A DNA stretch of 40,828 bases, taken from contig JBAYAD010000001.1 of the NCBI GenBank assembly GCA_041669965.1, forward strand, positions 1-40,828, given 5' to 3'. The notes beneath the pieces are model-generated. The model did no database searches, had not been told where the DNA came from, and worked only from the letters and a program-made list of their open reading frames with translations. Below, piece after piece: positions 25,795 through 33,680 of this stretch. Position numbers and translations under genes: made by a program. Each line of letters opens with the position of its first letter. Position 1 is the first letter of the stretch. Source of the stretch: Selenomonadaceae bacterium (GTDB taxonomy: Bacteria > Bacillota > Negativicutes > Selenomonadales > Selenomonadaceae).

Positions 25795-27649
25795 ATATGT
25801 GACCTCCCTTATTTTCTTTTTGATTATCCACCCATATAATCTGATCTGATGTTCCCCAGTGCCATCCGTCTACCAAACACGGGATGATGGTTTCAAGTAA
25901 TACTGTTCCCATGGCTAGAGCTGCTGGAGGCGGTACTGCGTTCCCGATATGCTCTCTCCACCTGGCATCACTTTTACCGGATAGGCACAACGGAGATCCG
26001 TCTGCATAGGTACTTGGAAATCCTTGCAGCATAGCCAGCTCAAATGTGGTCAACGGTCTATGCCATGTGCCGTCCTCTGCAATAATGATCCAGATACCGT
26101 TTTCATTCTCTTCCGGTGTTCTTGGATCAGCCACCAATGTGCTGCCAGCCCCGTGTATATTTCCTTTTCCGGTTACGGTACCGTTCGGCTTGTCCCACTC
26201 CTGGATGAATGTTACCTGTGAACGGTTCCATGTACCTTTTTGATCTTCTGAAATACGTGGATCTGCAATAGCAGCTGCGCCTTGTGTATGTATATCTCCG
26301 TTTGCCGTAATTGTATTACTTGGCTTGTTATAATCCATCACAAGGCATTTACCCGCATTATATGTATTACGCTTATCTGCGACTAAAAGAGCTCCGCTGC
26401 CTATCCTTGCGCCTATTACAGTGTTTGCAGGCTGGTCATATTCGTTCACTTGATAATTGTTTCCGAACTTTCCCGCTTTTCCGTATCTTACATCACAGAT
26501 GATACCTGCTCCTTGGAATACCCCTGTGCCGCCTGTAACGGTATTGGCGGTCTTATCAAATGGCTGTACTTGGATACGGTTTGCGTGAAAGCGTTTGTCT
26601 GCCAGCACGATACCTCCATTATGGGCATTAATATCCTTGGCTCCTGTGACCGTTCTGGATGGATCCTCATAATCAGATACGGAAAGCTGCCCTGCTCTAC
26701 TGTCTGCTACAGCTTGGCACCCTTGCCCTTTCATATTGAATCCTGATCTTCCTGTAACGGTGATTGCTGTGCTGTCAAACTCTTGTACCTTGCATGTTTG
26801 GCTCATAGCTTTTTCGCCCAATGCCCGAATATCTTTGCCTGCAGGTATCATGGCCAGTTTCACCCATGTCTTATAAGCGAGGTTTGGCATCCTGTGCATA
26901 GGACCGCATGCTTCTGTATCCCCTGGCATTGGTATGGGACCTATAATATCCCCAATGGTCTTATGCTTGTACTTCTTTGGCTGGTAGATGAATGCAGGTA
27001 TCTTTTGAGGATTGCGGGCTATAAGCAGGAAACGCTTTCTATACTGCCCCAGCTGCCCGATCTCTCCGCAATCGTGATCCGCCTCATTGATTTCGTATCC
27101 GTATGCTTTGAGTATACTTTCTATCTCATCCACCAGCTTTCTACCCCGTGTTTTAATACGGGGTACATTCTCAAACAGAATGAATGCTGGTAGATCATCC
27201 ATAAACGCTTCACACAGTAGCTTTATTGATCTGATAGTAAGTCTGTTCAATGCCTGATACTTTGGTGTCTTTGCACTCTTTTCAGGAAGCAATCCGGAGA
27301 AGCCTTTACATGGTGCTGACATGAATGCTCCATATGGAGCTATGCCCTTGCACGCTGCCCTTATATCTTCCGGTGTGATTTCATGCCAATCTGCTGTTGG
27401 TTCGTGTCCCCAGAAGTCTATGTACTGCTTACGGTCAAACAGATCCATCTGTGCCGCCGGTACGCCCGTAAGCTTCTCAAAGTCCTTGCAGCAATACGGA
27501 TCACAATCTATACCCAGCAGAGTGGTGAAGCGACCTTTCACGCCCTTATACTCTGTGGTGCTGTTCTGCATTCCGTATGCCCCACCTCCGCTTCCGCAGA
27601 AGAAATGTATTACCGGTAGTTCGTATTCTTTATTCATGATATCCTCCAT
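25787..27649 (-). CDS. DNA (cytosine-5)-methyltransferase with six tandem TRD-like repeats
   Basis: Motif I FFCGSGGG, IV SAPCKGFS, VI FENVPR, VIII QYRKRFLLIA, IX LTTFELAMLQGFP, X GNAVPPP. The likely true start is the ATG at 27637, behind GGAGGA. Confidence 0.9.
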   Translation of the reverse strand: MEDIMNKEYELPVIHFFCGSGGGAYGMQNSTTEYKGVKGRFTTLLGIDCDPYCCKDFEKLTGVPAAQMDLFDRKQYIDFWGHEPTADWHEITPEDIRAACKGIAPYGAFMSAPCKGFSGLLPEKSAKTPKYQALNRLTIRSIKLLCEAFMDDLPAFILFENVPRIKTRGRKLVDEIESILKAYGYEINEADHDCGEIGQLGQYRKRFLLIARNPQKIPAFIYQPKKYKHKTIGDIIGPIPMPGDTEACGPMHRMPNLAYKTWVKLAMIPAGKDIRALGEKAMSQTCKVQEFDSTAITVTGRSGFNMKGQGCQAVADSRAGQLSVSDYEDPSRTVTGAKDINAHNGGIVLADKRFHANRIQVQPFDKTANTVTGGTGVFQGAGIICDVRYGKAGKFGNNYQVNEYDQPANTVIGARIGSGALLVADKRNTYNAGKCLVMDYNKPSNTITANGDIHTQGAAAIADPRISEDQKGTWNRSQVTFIQEWDKPNGTVTGKGNIHGAGSTLVADPRTPEENENGIWIIIAEDGTWHRPLTTFELAMLQGFPSTYADGSPLCLSGKSDARWREHIGNAVPPPAALAMGTVLLETIIPCLVDGWHWGTSDQIIWVDNQKENKGGHIYA

Positions 27650-28500
27650 TATGTATTAAAGTTTTTAAAGCTCGTTCCCTTTTCGCAATGTGTCACCGTT
27701 GCTGCCGGTCTTGACCACATCCGATGGAACTTTTTCCAATCGTCACTGTAATCCTGTTTTATATCTGCTCCGATCGGCTGATATAGTTGTGCAAATGGCA
27801 TAGCACCTGCATGGTATATTTCTTGTAAACGTGCTTCGTTTTTATCCATATCATCACCGATCAGCGCATAGCAGTAGATTTTATTACGGTCGAATCCTGC
27901 CTTTTTCAGCTTTTCTGTAGCTTTTTTCAGCCTTTGAATGGCTCCGTCTGTATCACAAGCTATCCATAGCTCAGGAAGGTATTTTAGGCTTGTACATCCG
28001 TTTATAAAGCGATCGTCTATTAAATCCGTTTCTAATCCGCCTTTGAATACAACATGCTTTTGAGACTTAAGCATTTCAAAAACTTTATCTTTGTGTGTCT
28101 TGTTTGCCTGCAAAAAGTTGTTGTCTTGAATTATGTTTCCTGAGCATATAGGTAGCTCCCGCAGTCTTCCTTCAAGTTTCGGTACAATGCACCATGGGCA
28201 ATTATTATTGCATCCTCTGCTTGTAAAGATAATATTAGGCTTTATATACATGCCTTGTTTGAACTCATTTACTTCGCTTCCAAAAGCTGGCCCGCCTAAC
28301 TTCACTTGTTTTTTTGTTTTGCCCTCCCATTGGTAAGCTAAATCTTCACAATACTTCTTGTCCCAAGAGAAAACACCACACACATGTACTTCATCGTGTT
28401 CTGGTATAAACATTTCATGCGGAGGAAGTCCAACAAACGCATACGGATCACTCGGTGTAAAACTGGTTCGCTGAGGGAATACTCTTATAACTCCGTTCAT
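27649..28500 (-). CDS. Radical-SAM-like protein (CxxxCxxC)
   Basis: FTSRGCNNNCPWCIVPK carries the CX3CX2C cluster motif. Its stop overlaps the methyltransferase ORF start (TAATG). Confidence 0.65.
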   Translation of the reverse strand: MNGVIRVFPQRTSFTPSDPYAFVGLPPHEMFIPEHDEVHVCGVFSWDKKYCEDLAYQWEGKTKKQVKLGGPAFGSEVNEFKQGMYIKPNIIFTSRGCNNNCPWCIVPKLEGRLRELPICSGNIIQDNNFLQANKTHKDKVFEMLKSQKHVVFKGGLETDLIDDRFINGCTSLKYLPELWIACDTDGAIQRLKKATEKLKKAGFDRNKIYCYALIGDDMDKNEARLQEIYHAGAMPFAQLYQPIGADIKQDYSDDWKKFHRMWSRPAATVTHCEKGTSFKNFNT

Positions 28501-28512
28501 ATCCGCCTCCGA

Positions 28513-28962
28513 TTACCCTTCGAGCTTATATTTCTGTGTCTCTGTGCGCTCCACGTTGATCTTGTCTTTGTTATTTCGGGATAGCTTGCCTTTTCCGCCT
28601 GCTTCAAGCTCTATTGAAATGCTCCATATCTGCTCTGCACTGATGAGTTCTATTGCGCCTTCCATAATTTCTATGATATCCTGACTTACCGGACTTAGCC
28701 CCTTCTTTTCGGCATCCTCACCAAATAATTGTTGAATCTTTCGCTTTGCCCCTTGTTTTTGGGCTTGCTTATCTGCTACCGCTTTGGCTGCCGGACATAC
28801 ACAAAATTGCGTTGCCATATCGTCTCGTTCTGCCGTGGTCATTTCATCCGTGTATTCAGCCAATACCATTTCACCACAATAGCGACAGGCTCCGAGCCTA
28901 CCTTTCGGCTCCATTACAAAATCTTCATCAATCTCCAGTGTATTGGTTTCACTATTAAACAT
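28513..28962 (-). CDS. Hypothetical protein with an N-terminal Cys cluster
   Basis: 149-aa ORF with CRYCGE...CVCP. Sits in operon context. Confidence 0.45.
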   Translation of the reverse strand: MFNSETNTLEIDEDFVMEPKGRLGACRYCGEMVLAEYTDEMTTAERDDMATQFCVCPAAKAVADKQAQKQGAKRKIQQLFGEDAEKKGLSPVSQDIIEIMEGAIELISAEQIWSISIELEAGGKGKLSRNNKDKINVERTETQKYKLEG

Positions 28963-29425
28963 ACTTATCTCCTTTCAAAACTTCTGGATTGTCATAAACA
29001 TTACCCACTACTTCCATTTTATCTATATCGCTTATACCGTTCTCGTCAACGCAAGGAAATAATTCATAGCCATTCCATTTTAAAACTACAGCGGTAATTT
29101 CCACTTTTGCATATTCATCATCAAAATCAGGATGACATTTTATTGTTCTAACAACTGTTTTTATATCAACCTCAAAATAACGAACTTCACCATCTGGCAA
29201 AACTAATTTTGTAATATTGCCTTTGAAAATATTTTTACCGTTCTTGTCTGTCAAGCCTGTGTATTGACCGATGGTGTCCTCAATTACTTCGTATTCTCCT
29301 ATGAATTTATCTTCTCGAAACCTTTGAATAACAAAAACTTCTTGGCGAAAAAACATTTTAAATAGAAAACCTTCCACCCATTCCTTGTTATCGCATCTCT
29401 GCGCTCTGAATAAAATCTCGTTCAT
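28955..29425 (-). CDS. YopX family protein
   Basis: MNEILFRAQRCDNKEWVEG...IGQYTGLTDKNGKNIFKGNI is the YopX hallmark. Confidence 0.75.
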   Translation of the reverse strand: MNEILFRAQRCDNKEWVEGFLFKMFFRQEVFVIQRFREDKFIGEYEVIEDTIGQYTGLTDKNGKNIFKGNITKLVLPDGEVRYFEVDIKTVVRTIKCHPDFDDEYAKVEITAVVLKWNGYELFPCVDENGISDIDKMEVVGNVYDNPEVLKGDKYV

Positions 29426-30018
29426 ATTTCTTTTCCTCCATCAATTATAAATTTAATTACGCCATTTTTCATTGGTACCCTGTATGGCAGCAGCTCTTCC
29501 AGCTTCATATATTTACGGCCATACAGATGCTTCATTGTTCTCCATGCTTCCCATGGCACCCGAAAGAACCGTGAAAAGCGATATGATACCAGTACGAAAC
29601 ATTCTGCCCCCATCTGATAATGAAGCTCCATCTGCTCTATCTGCTCTTCTGTGAGCCTTGCATACTCAATCTGATCATTGTCTGTATGCTTGGCTTCAAA
29701 TGCTATTGCCCGCCCGCCTCGGAGCGTTCCCTTAAAATCCGGCTGTGCCATTTTTTCAAAATGTCCTTGAAACTGTCCGTTCCCTAAGTCTCTTGTAATC
29801 TTAAATGGCTCCGGCGTTTTTTCAATGTTGGCCATTCCCTGTTTTTTATACTCTTTGCAAGCAGCTTTTATAAGGTTTTCAAAAGCTTCCCCGTTGGCTC
29901 TGGATTGATAACTCCGCAGTTGTCTTAAAGGATTCTTTTGCTTTTCAATGACTTTTACGAGTGGCGCCCCGCCTCGGATAGCGTTTTGATATTGTTCTTC
30001 GGTAAAATATACTGCCAT
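29422..30018 (-). CDS. recU: RecU-like Holliday junction resolvase
   Basis: Start moved to ATG 30018 (MAVYFTEEQ) behind GGAGGCGGAG. Shows the PDFKGTLRGGRAIAFEAKHT...ECFVLV pattern of RecU. Confidence 0.65.
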   Translation of the reverse strand: MAVYFTEEQYQNAIRGGAPLVKVIEKQKNPLRQLRSYQSRANGEAFENLIKAACKEYKKQGMANIEKTPEPFKITRDLGNGQFQGHFEKMAQPDFKGTLRGGRAIAFEAKHTDNDQIEYARLTEEQIEQMELHYQMGAECFVLVSYRFSRFFRVPWEAWRTMKHLYGRKYMKLEELLPYRVPMKNGVIKFIIDGGKEI

Positions 30019-30461
30019 TACTCCGCCTCCAGTGCTCGTATGTAATAATTTTTGATGTATTCTACCGTATCCCATATTGCATTTCTTCCGGTAAATTTTT
30101 TATCCACGCATTCTAAAATCCACGGATGCACCGATGAAAAGTTCCCATCTGTCCGGTATGCAATGATCGGTATCCCTTTTTTATATGCTTCGAATACCTC
30201 TATGGCAGTTCCTATGCTGTCCGGATAATCAAGGTTTAGTAGGATTATGTCGCTGTGTTGTACTGCCCAAATATCAAATCTCATGATCTCCTTTTCCGTG
30301 TAACTGGATATTGACATATCAAAATTATAAAAGTCACATGGGCTTATGGCTTTTGCCCCTATTTGTTCAAGTGCTACTTTTGCATATTCCCTCCATGCTG
30401 TCATTTGCTCTTTTGTAAGTCCGCTCATTTTCCCTGCAAGATATACTGTTGTTTTTTTCAT
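30018..30461 (-). CDS. Nucleoside 2-deoxyribosyltransferase-like (DUF4406-type) protein
   Basis: VYLAGKMSGLTKEQ...GTAIEVFEAYKKGIPII matches the YxAGxM and catalytic Glu pattern of the family. Confidence 0.6.
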   Translation of the reverse strand: MKKTTVYLAGKMSGLTKEQMTAWREYAKVALEQIGAKAISPCDFYNFDMSISSYTEKEIMRFDIWAVQHSDIILLNLDYPDSIGTAIEVFEAYKKGIPIIAYRTDGNFSSVHPWILECVDKKFTGRNAIWDTVEYIKNYYIRALEAE

Positions 30462-31390
30462 ACTATTTCCTCCATAAAATCAAATAATGTTGGCATATCC
30501 AGTTTGGATTCCTCGGCTTTGCAATATCCTACGCCATCACGGAAGTAATCTGCATTTAGTTCTATTCCGCAGCCAAAACGGCCGGACTTAATTGCCATCA
30601 TGGGAACGGTGAAAAGACCTGCGAAAGGATCAAGCACAACATCACCTGGATTGCTATACCGGTTGATGATCCGCTCCACAATATCAATCTGCAAAGGGCA
30701 TACGTGCATCTGCTGCCTTCGCTGGCTTTGTGTGGTGTTCAGTGTGCGCATCCGGTTTATATCGTCCCATACTTCATCCGTCCAGCTGCCTGGTGCTACT
30801 ACCATAAATGATGCAGGGAGCTTTCCGTCTGCATCCAGTTTCTTTGCCAATGCAACATGCTCCTCATAGCTATAAACCGCTTCTTTCGAGTATTTACGAT
30901 AGGCAGCCTGCAGCTTGTTCACCGGTATGGACAGCAGCTCTTCCTTTGTCAGAATCCTATTTCCGGATGATCTCCAATACCCATGCGCATCTATCTGCCA
31001 TTGCGCCCGTGTGTACTGCTCCTTTGTCTTGCGTACCGGTTCATCCGCATAAGCCTTTCCTGTATCGCTGGGCAGTTTGCGGAACAGGAGAATGTACTCT
31101 GGGCACCCTACTCCCATCTTTGATCCGTCTTTGCACTGCTCGCTCCATCCAAGCCTATAGGTCTGATTGTTTTCACGAACCACATCTGTCACGATTGTAA
31201 TCATTCCGAAATACTGAAAGCCATGATCCATATAGTGTTTGATGCAGATAGAGTGAAACGGTTCCATGGTCGGCATCCCTGTGCCGGTAGCATTACCGAA
31301 AAGCACTCTGTCTTTTACATGGCACGCATATACCCGCCCTGGCTTTAAGATACGGAGCAGCTGCGGTGTTAGATAATCCATCTGTTCCAT
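30458..31390 (-). CDS. DNA methyltransferase (N6_N4 type) C-terminal portion; the frame stays open upstream to 31507 and includes the motif-IV-like DFPF
   Basis: Has LLRILKPGRVYACHV and motif I VVLDPFAGLFTVPMMA. The same frame upstream of the listed ATG reads SIGAPQLRKQNISDFPFSNHYEYTPSYNDFGHN. Confidence 0.6.
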   Translation of the reverse strand: MEQMDYLTPQLLRILKPGRVYACHVKDRVLFGNATGTGMPTMEPFHSICIKHYMDHGFQYFGMITIVTDVVRENNQTYRLGWSEQCKDGSKMGVGCPEYILLFRKLPSDTGKAYADEPVRKTKEQYTRAQWQIDAHGYWRSSGNRILTKEELLSIPVNKLQAAYRKYSKEAVYSYEEHVALAKKLDADGKLPASFMVVAPGSWTDEVWDDINRMRTLNTTQSQRRQQMHVCPLQIDIVERIINRYSNPGDVVLDPFAGLFTVPMMAIKSGRFGCGIELNADYFRDGVGYCKAEESKLDMPTLFDFMEEIV

Positions 31391-31935
31391 GAATCGCTGC
31401 GTATTTTGGTTATGTCCGAAATCGTTATAGCTGGGTGTGTATTCGTAATGGTTACTGAAAGGAAAGTCTGATATGTTTTGCTTCCGAAGCTGCGGAGCAC
31501 CGATGCTTCATCCAATGCCGTAGCAGTGAAATACGTTGGATCGATATCCCCATCCCGTACCCGCTCATAGTTAGTCATCAGGATATTGGCATCTGTAGCT
31601 TTTACCTCGGCCATGTTACGGACATACACCGGAGCAGTTATCCCCAGAAGCTCTACCGCATCCCTTGTAAACTCCTGCTTAACACCCAACGGAAGAACTA
31701 TAAGTGATTTCCCTCCCACATGATCTGTCACGATCCTGCAGTATTCCAGTTCCTGCGCTGTCTTACCCAAACCAAAGGCTTCAAATAGTGCCCGCCTTCC
31801 GCCTTTGACCGCCCATCTTACACCGTCACGCTGGTGTGGCTTCAATACCTGGTTGATTTCACTGTCAGACACATCAAAGCCTGTGTCCTTGGCGATCTCC
31901 ATTTTTGATTTTAAAAATTCTATGTATGGCTGCAT
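31369..31935 (-). CDS. SNF2/DEAD-like helicase N-lobe fragment (motifs I to II), out of frame with the downstream methyltransferase
   Basis: LKPHQRDGVRW...FGLGKTAQ (motif I), ILMTNYERV, LDEASVLRSFGSKTYQTF (motif II region). The last roughly 25 aa look like out-of-frame read-through. Confidence 0.55.
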   Translation of the reverse strand: MQPYIEFLKSKMEIAKDTGFDVSDSEINQVLKPHQRDGVRWAVKGGRRALFEAFGLGKTAQELEYCRIVTDHVGGKSLIVLPLGVKQEFTRDAVELLGITAPVYVRNMAEVKATDANILMTNYERVRDGDIDPTYFTATALDEASVLRSFGSKTYQTFLSVTITNTHPAITISDITKIRSDSWNRWII

Positions 31936-32103
31936 TTAATTTACCTCCGTAACCTTTACTATCCATACTTTGTCCGGATCACAATCCCAACGCTTTGCAG
32001 CTTCTCTCTTTGCATCTTCTGGCGAATATTCCGTTTCGATGCAGCCATATACTTGATTGTCGTATATCCCTCTGCAGTGGAATTCATATTTCTGTCGTTT
32101 CAT
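31936..32103 (-). CDS. Small hypothetical protein (55 aa)
   Basis: Own translation MKRQKYEFHCRGIYDNQVYGCIETEYSPEDAKREAAKRWDCDPDKVWIVKVTEVN. SD GGAGGCGGA upstream. Its stop abuts the next ATG. Below the ORF-track size cutoff. Confidence 0.4.
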   Translation of the reverse strand: MKRQKYEFHCRGIYDNQVYGCIETEYSPEDAKREAAKRWDCDPDKVWIVKVTEVN

Positions 32104-32104
32104 G

Positions 32105-32815
32105 CTATCCGCCTCCGTTTCTGTCTTCCGTAAAAAACTTGGTCATTACTATGTATTGGTATGGACCTGTGTAAATATTGTCCTGCGTTTCTGTGTGTAT
32201 GATCTTGTATCCCTTTGGCGGCTGTGGCTGCTTGTAAATATTGATTCTTTTTATTATTTTTCTTGTGATCTCAGGCTTTTTTAGGTTCTTACTGCTGTTC
32301 CATCGTCGCTTTGATTGCCCTTGCTTTGCCAGATACTTTGCCACACCCTCTAAACCGAATGCATCAGGCTTTAATTTTGAAATGTTGATCCGATCATCCC
32401 CGCCCCATAATCCCTCCACTTCATCTAGTGTCATGCCATTACCGCTCATGATTATGTGATGGTGAGGCTTTCCGCATTTCATTACTGTAGTGGATATATA
32501 CTTCAGCTGTGGCAGCCCTTTCTTTTTTCGCAAGGCATTTAGCTTTCTGAAATAATTTCGGAGCTTCTTTTTTGCTTCCGCCTCCGGTATCTTTTTCGCA
32601 TAGTCGACCGACATGAAGAAGTCATTTAATGTGAAATTCGCATTTGCCAATCTTGAGATGGTTTTTTTTGCGTTTTTATCATTTAGCTTTTGCTGCTCCT
32701 CCGTTGATGGTCTTTCGTTTGGGCTTCTCGGTTTCCGTCTACCGGTATCCGTTATGGCGTATCTCTCTATCTCCAGCATTGGGCCAGAGACTATTCGTTT
32801 TTCTATGTACGGCAT
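32105..32815 (-). CDS. HUH rolling-circle replication initiator (Rep, pC194-like motifs)
   Basis: Motif 1-like FFMSVDY, motif 2 KPHHHIIMSG (HUH), motif 3 GVAKYLAKQ (catalytic Tyr, YxxK). SD AAGGAG. Confidence 0.65.
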   Translation of the reverse strand: MPYIEKRIVSGPMLEIERYAITDTGRRKPRSPNERPSTEEQQKLNDKNAKKTISRLANANFTLNDFFMSVDYAKKIPEAEAKKKLRNYFRKLNALRKKKGLPQLKYISTTVMKCGKPHHHIIMSGNGMTLDEVEGLWGGDDRINISKLKPDAFGLEGVAKYLAKQGQSKRRWNSSKNLKKPEITRKIIKRINIYKQPQPPKGYKIIHTETQDNIYTGPYQYIVMTKFFTEDRNGGG

Positions 32816-32892
32816 ATTCTTTTCTCCTTAGTATTTTTGGGTTTATGTTCTTAGGGGTTACGTCCTAAAGTTAATACCCTTAACAAGGACGC

Positions 32893-32914
32893 ATGCGCCC
32901 TGATTTCGGCGCAT
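32893..32914. other. GC-rich hairpin upstream of rep (candidate origin/nick-site structure)
   Basis: ATGCGCC-(8 nt)-GGCGCAT, with no U-tract on either strand. Confidence 0.35.
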
Positions 32915-32941
32915 TCTGCGGCTCCTGCCGCACATAAAAAC

Positions 32942-32970
32942 TTGACGTCACACCCGCAAAATGCTATACT
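32942..32970 (+). promoter_or_regulatory. Plus-strand sigma-70-type promoter inside the minus-strand early operon
   Basis: TTGACG, 17-nt spacer, TGc-TATACT (extended -10). Confidence 0.5.
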
Positions 32971-32976
32971 AAGGCA

Positions 32977-33042
32977 TGGGCATTTTGCCTGTGGATTGAA
33001 ACGGTTTAGAGCTCTCTGGTAGGGGTGCTGAACCGTTTTTTT
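32977..33042 (+). ncRNA. Candidate roughly 65-nt antisense sRNA
   Basis: Runs from the predicted start site to a hairpin (AAACGGTT...AACCGTTT, imperfect extension) followed by a T-run ending at 33042. Has a 5' hairpin GGGCA-TTT-TGCCT. The longest ORF is 7 codons. Confidence 0.35.
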
Positions 33043-33344
33043 ATTTGTTCATTAAATCTATCTATTTCTCCGTTTCGCTCTGCTGCTTCCCTCATAGCCG
33101 ATTCTTCTACCACAAAAAGAAGAATTCCAAGTAGGCTAATATGGCACAGCTGTCTATCATCCGTTTCATGATTATCAAGTATGTAATAATCTTCGCCATC
33201 TCCTTGGTACAAATAACCGACCATCTTATAGTCCATTACCGTCCACCGCATTGTTGATCCGTTATAGCGAGCTAAATACACTGTCTCGTCTATCGGTGCC
33301 GGAAGATCTATCTGGATGCGTCCTTTTAATGATCTTTGTTTCAT
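33006..33344 (-). CDS. Hypothetical protein
   Basis: 112-aa ORF with a TAATG overlap to the upstream small ORF. Confidence 0.5.
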   Translation of the reverse strand: MKQRSLKGRIQIDLPAPIDETVYLARYNGSTMRWTVMDYKMVGYLYQGDGEDYYILDNHETDDRQLCHISLLGILLFVVEESAMREAAERNGEIDRFNEQIKKRFSTPTREL

Positions 33345-33478
33345 TATTTTTCTACCTCCAATCTAAATAATTTTGATAATCGTCTCACCGTCCGCCGGGT
33401 GCAAGGCTTGTCCTCGTGAATGGTGTACAGGCAGGCTGCCACCATAACCACTGCGAATAAAATGCAGATACCGTACAT
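33344..33478 (-). CDS. Small membrane protein (44 aa)
   Basis: Own translation MYGICILFAVVMVAACLYTIHEDKPCTRRTVRRLSKLFRLEVEK. SD GGAGGTGGG. One TM segment. Confidence 0.35.
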   Translation of the reverse strand: MYGICILFAVVMVAACLYTIHEDKPCTRRTVRRLSKLFRLEVEK

Positions 33479-33479
33479 C

Positions 33480-33680
33480 TCAATCCCACCTCCACGTTTC
33501 AATCAGTCCGATGTCTTGCATTTCTTGCAGCTCAGTAATAACTTCTTCGAACGTGGAATCTTCATGCGGAGTAAGATTTTCTTTGCTGTTTAATCGGTCT
33601 GCTTTGGCTTTCAAGAGCGTTTCAAACCTTTTAATTTGATCGCGCATTTTTTTTGCCTGATCGTATCCGCTACTCATCAC
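33480..33680 (-). CDS. Small coiled-coil hypothetical protein
   Basis: 66-aa ORF with an ATGA-type overlap to the upstream gene. Confidence 0.45.
   Translation of the reverse strand: MMSSGYDQAKKMRDQIKRFETLLKAKADRLNSKENLTPHEDSTFEEVITELQEMQDIGLIETWRWD

Noticed and set aside
31369-31507. Programmed -1 ribosomal frameshift joining the SNF2-like and methyltransferase ORFs
   Set aside because: There is no X_XXY_YYZ slippery heptamer in the overlap and no obvious downstream stimulatory structure. An indel in the A4 run or a deletion scar is more parsimonious. Reported as a finding, but not as recoding.
32942-32949. The TGACGTCA palindrome / CTTGAC as the pC194-type nick site (CTTGATA)
   Set aside because: It matches the known nick consensus only partially and coincides with the -35 element of the plus-strand promoter. 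This is not enough to call an origin nick site.
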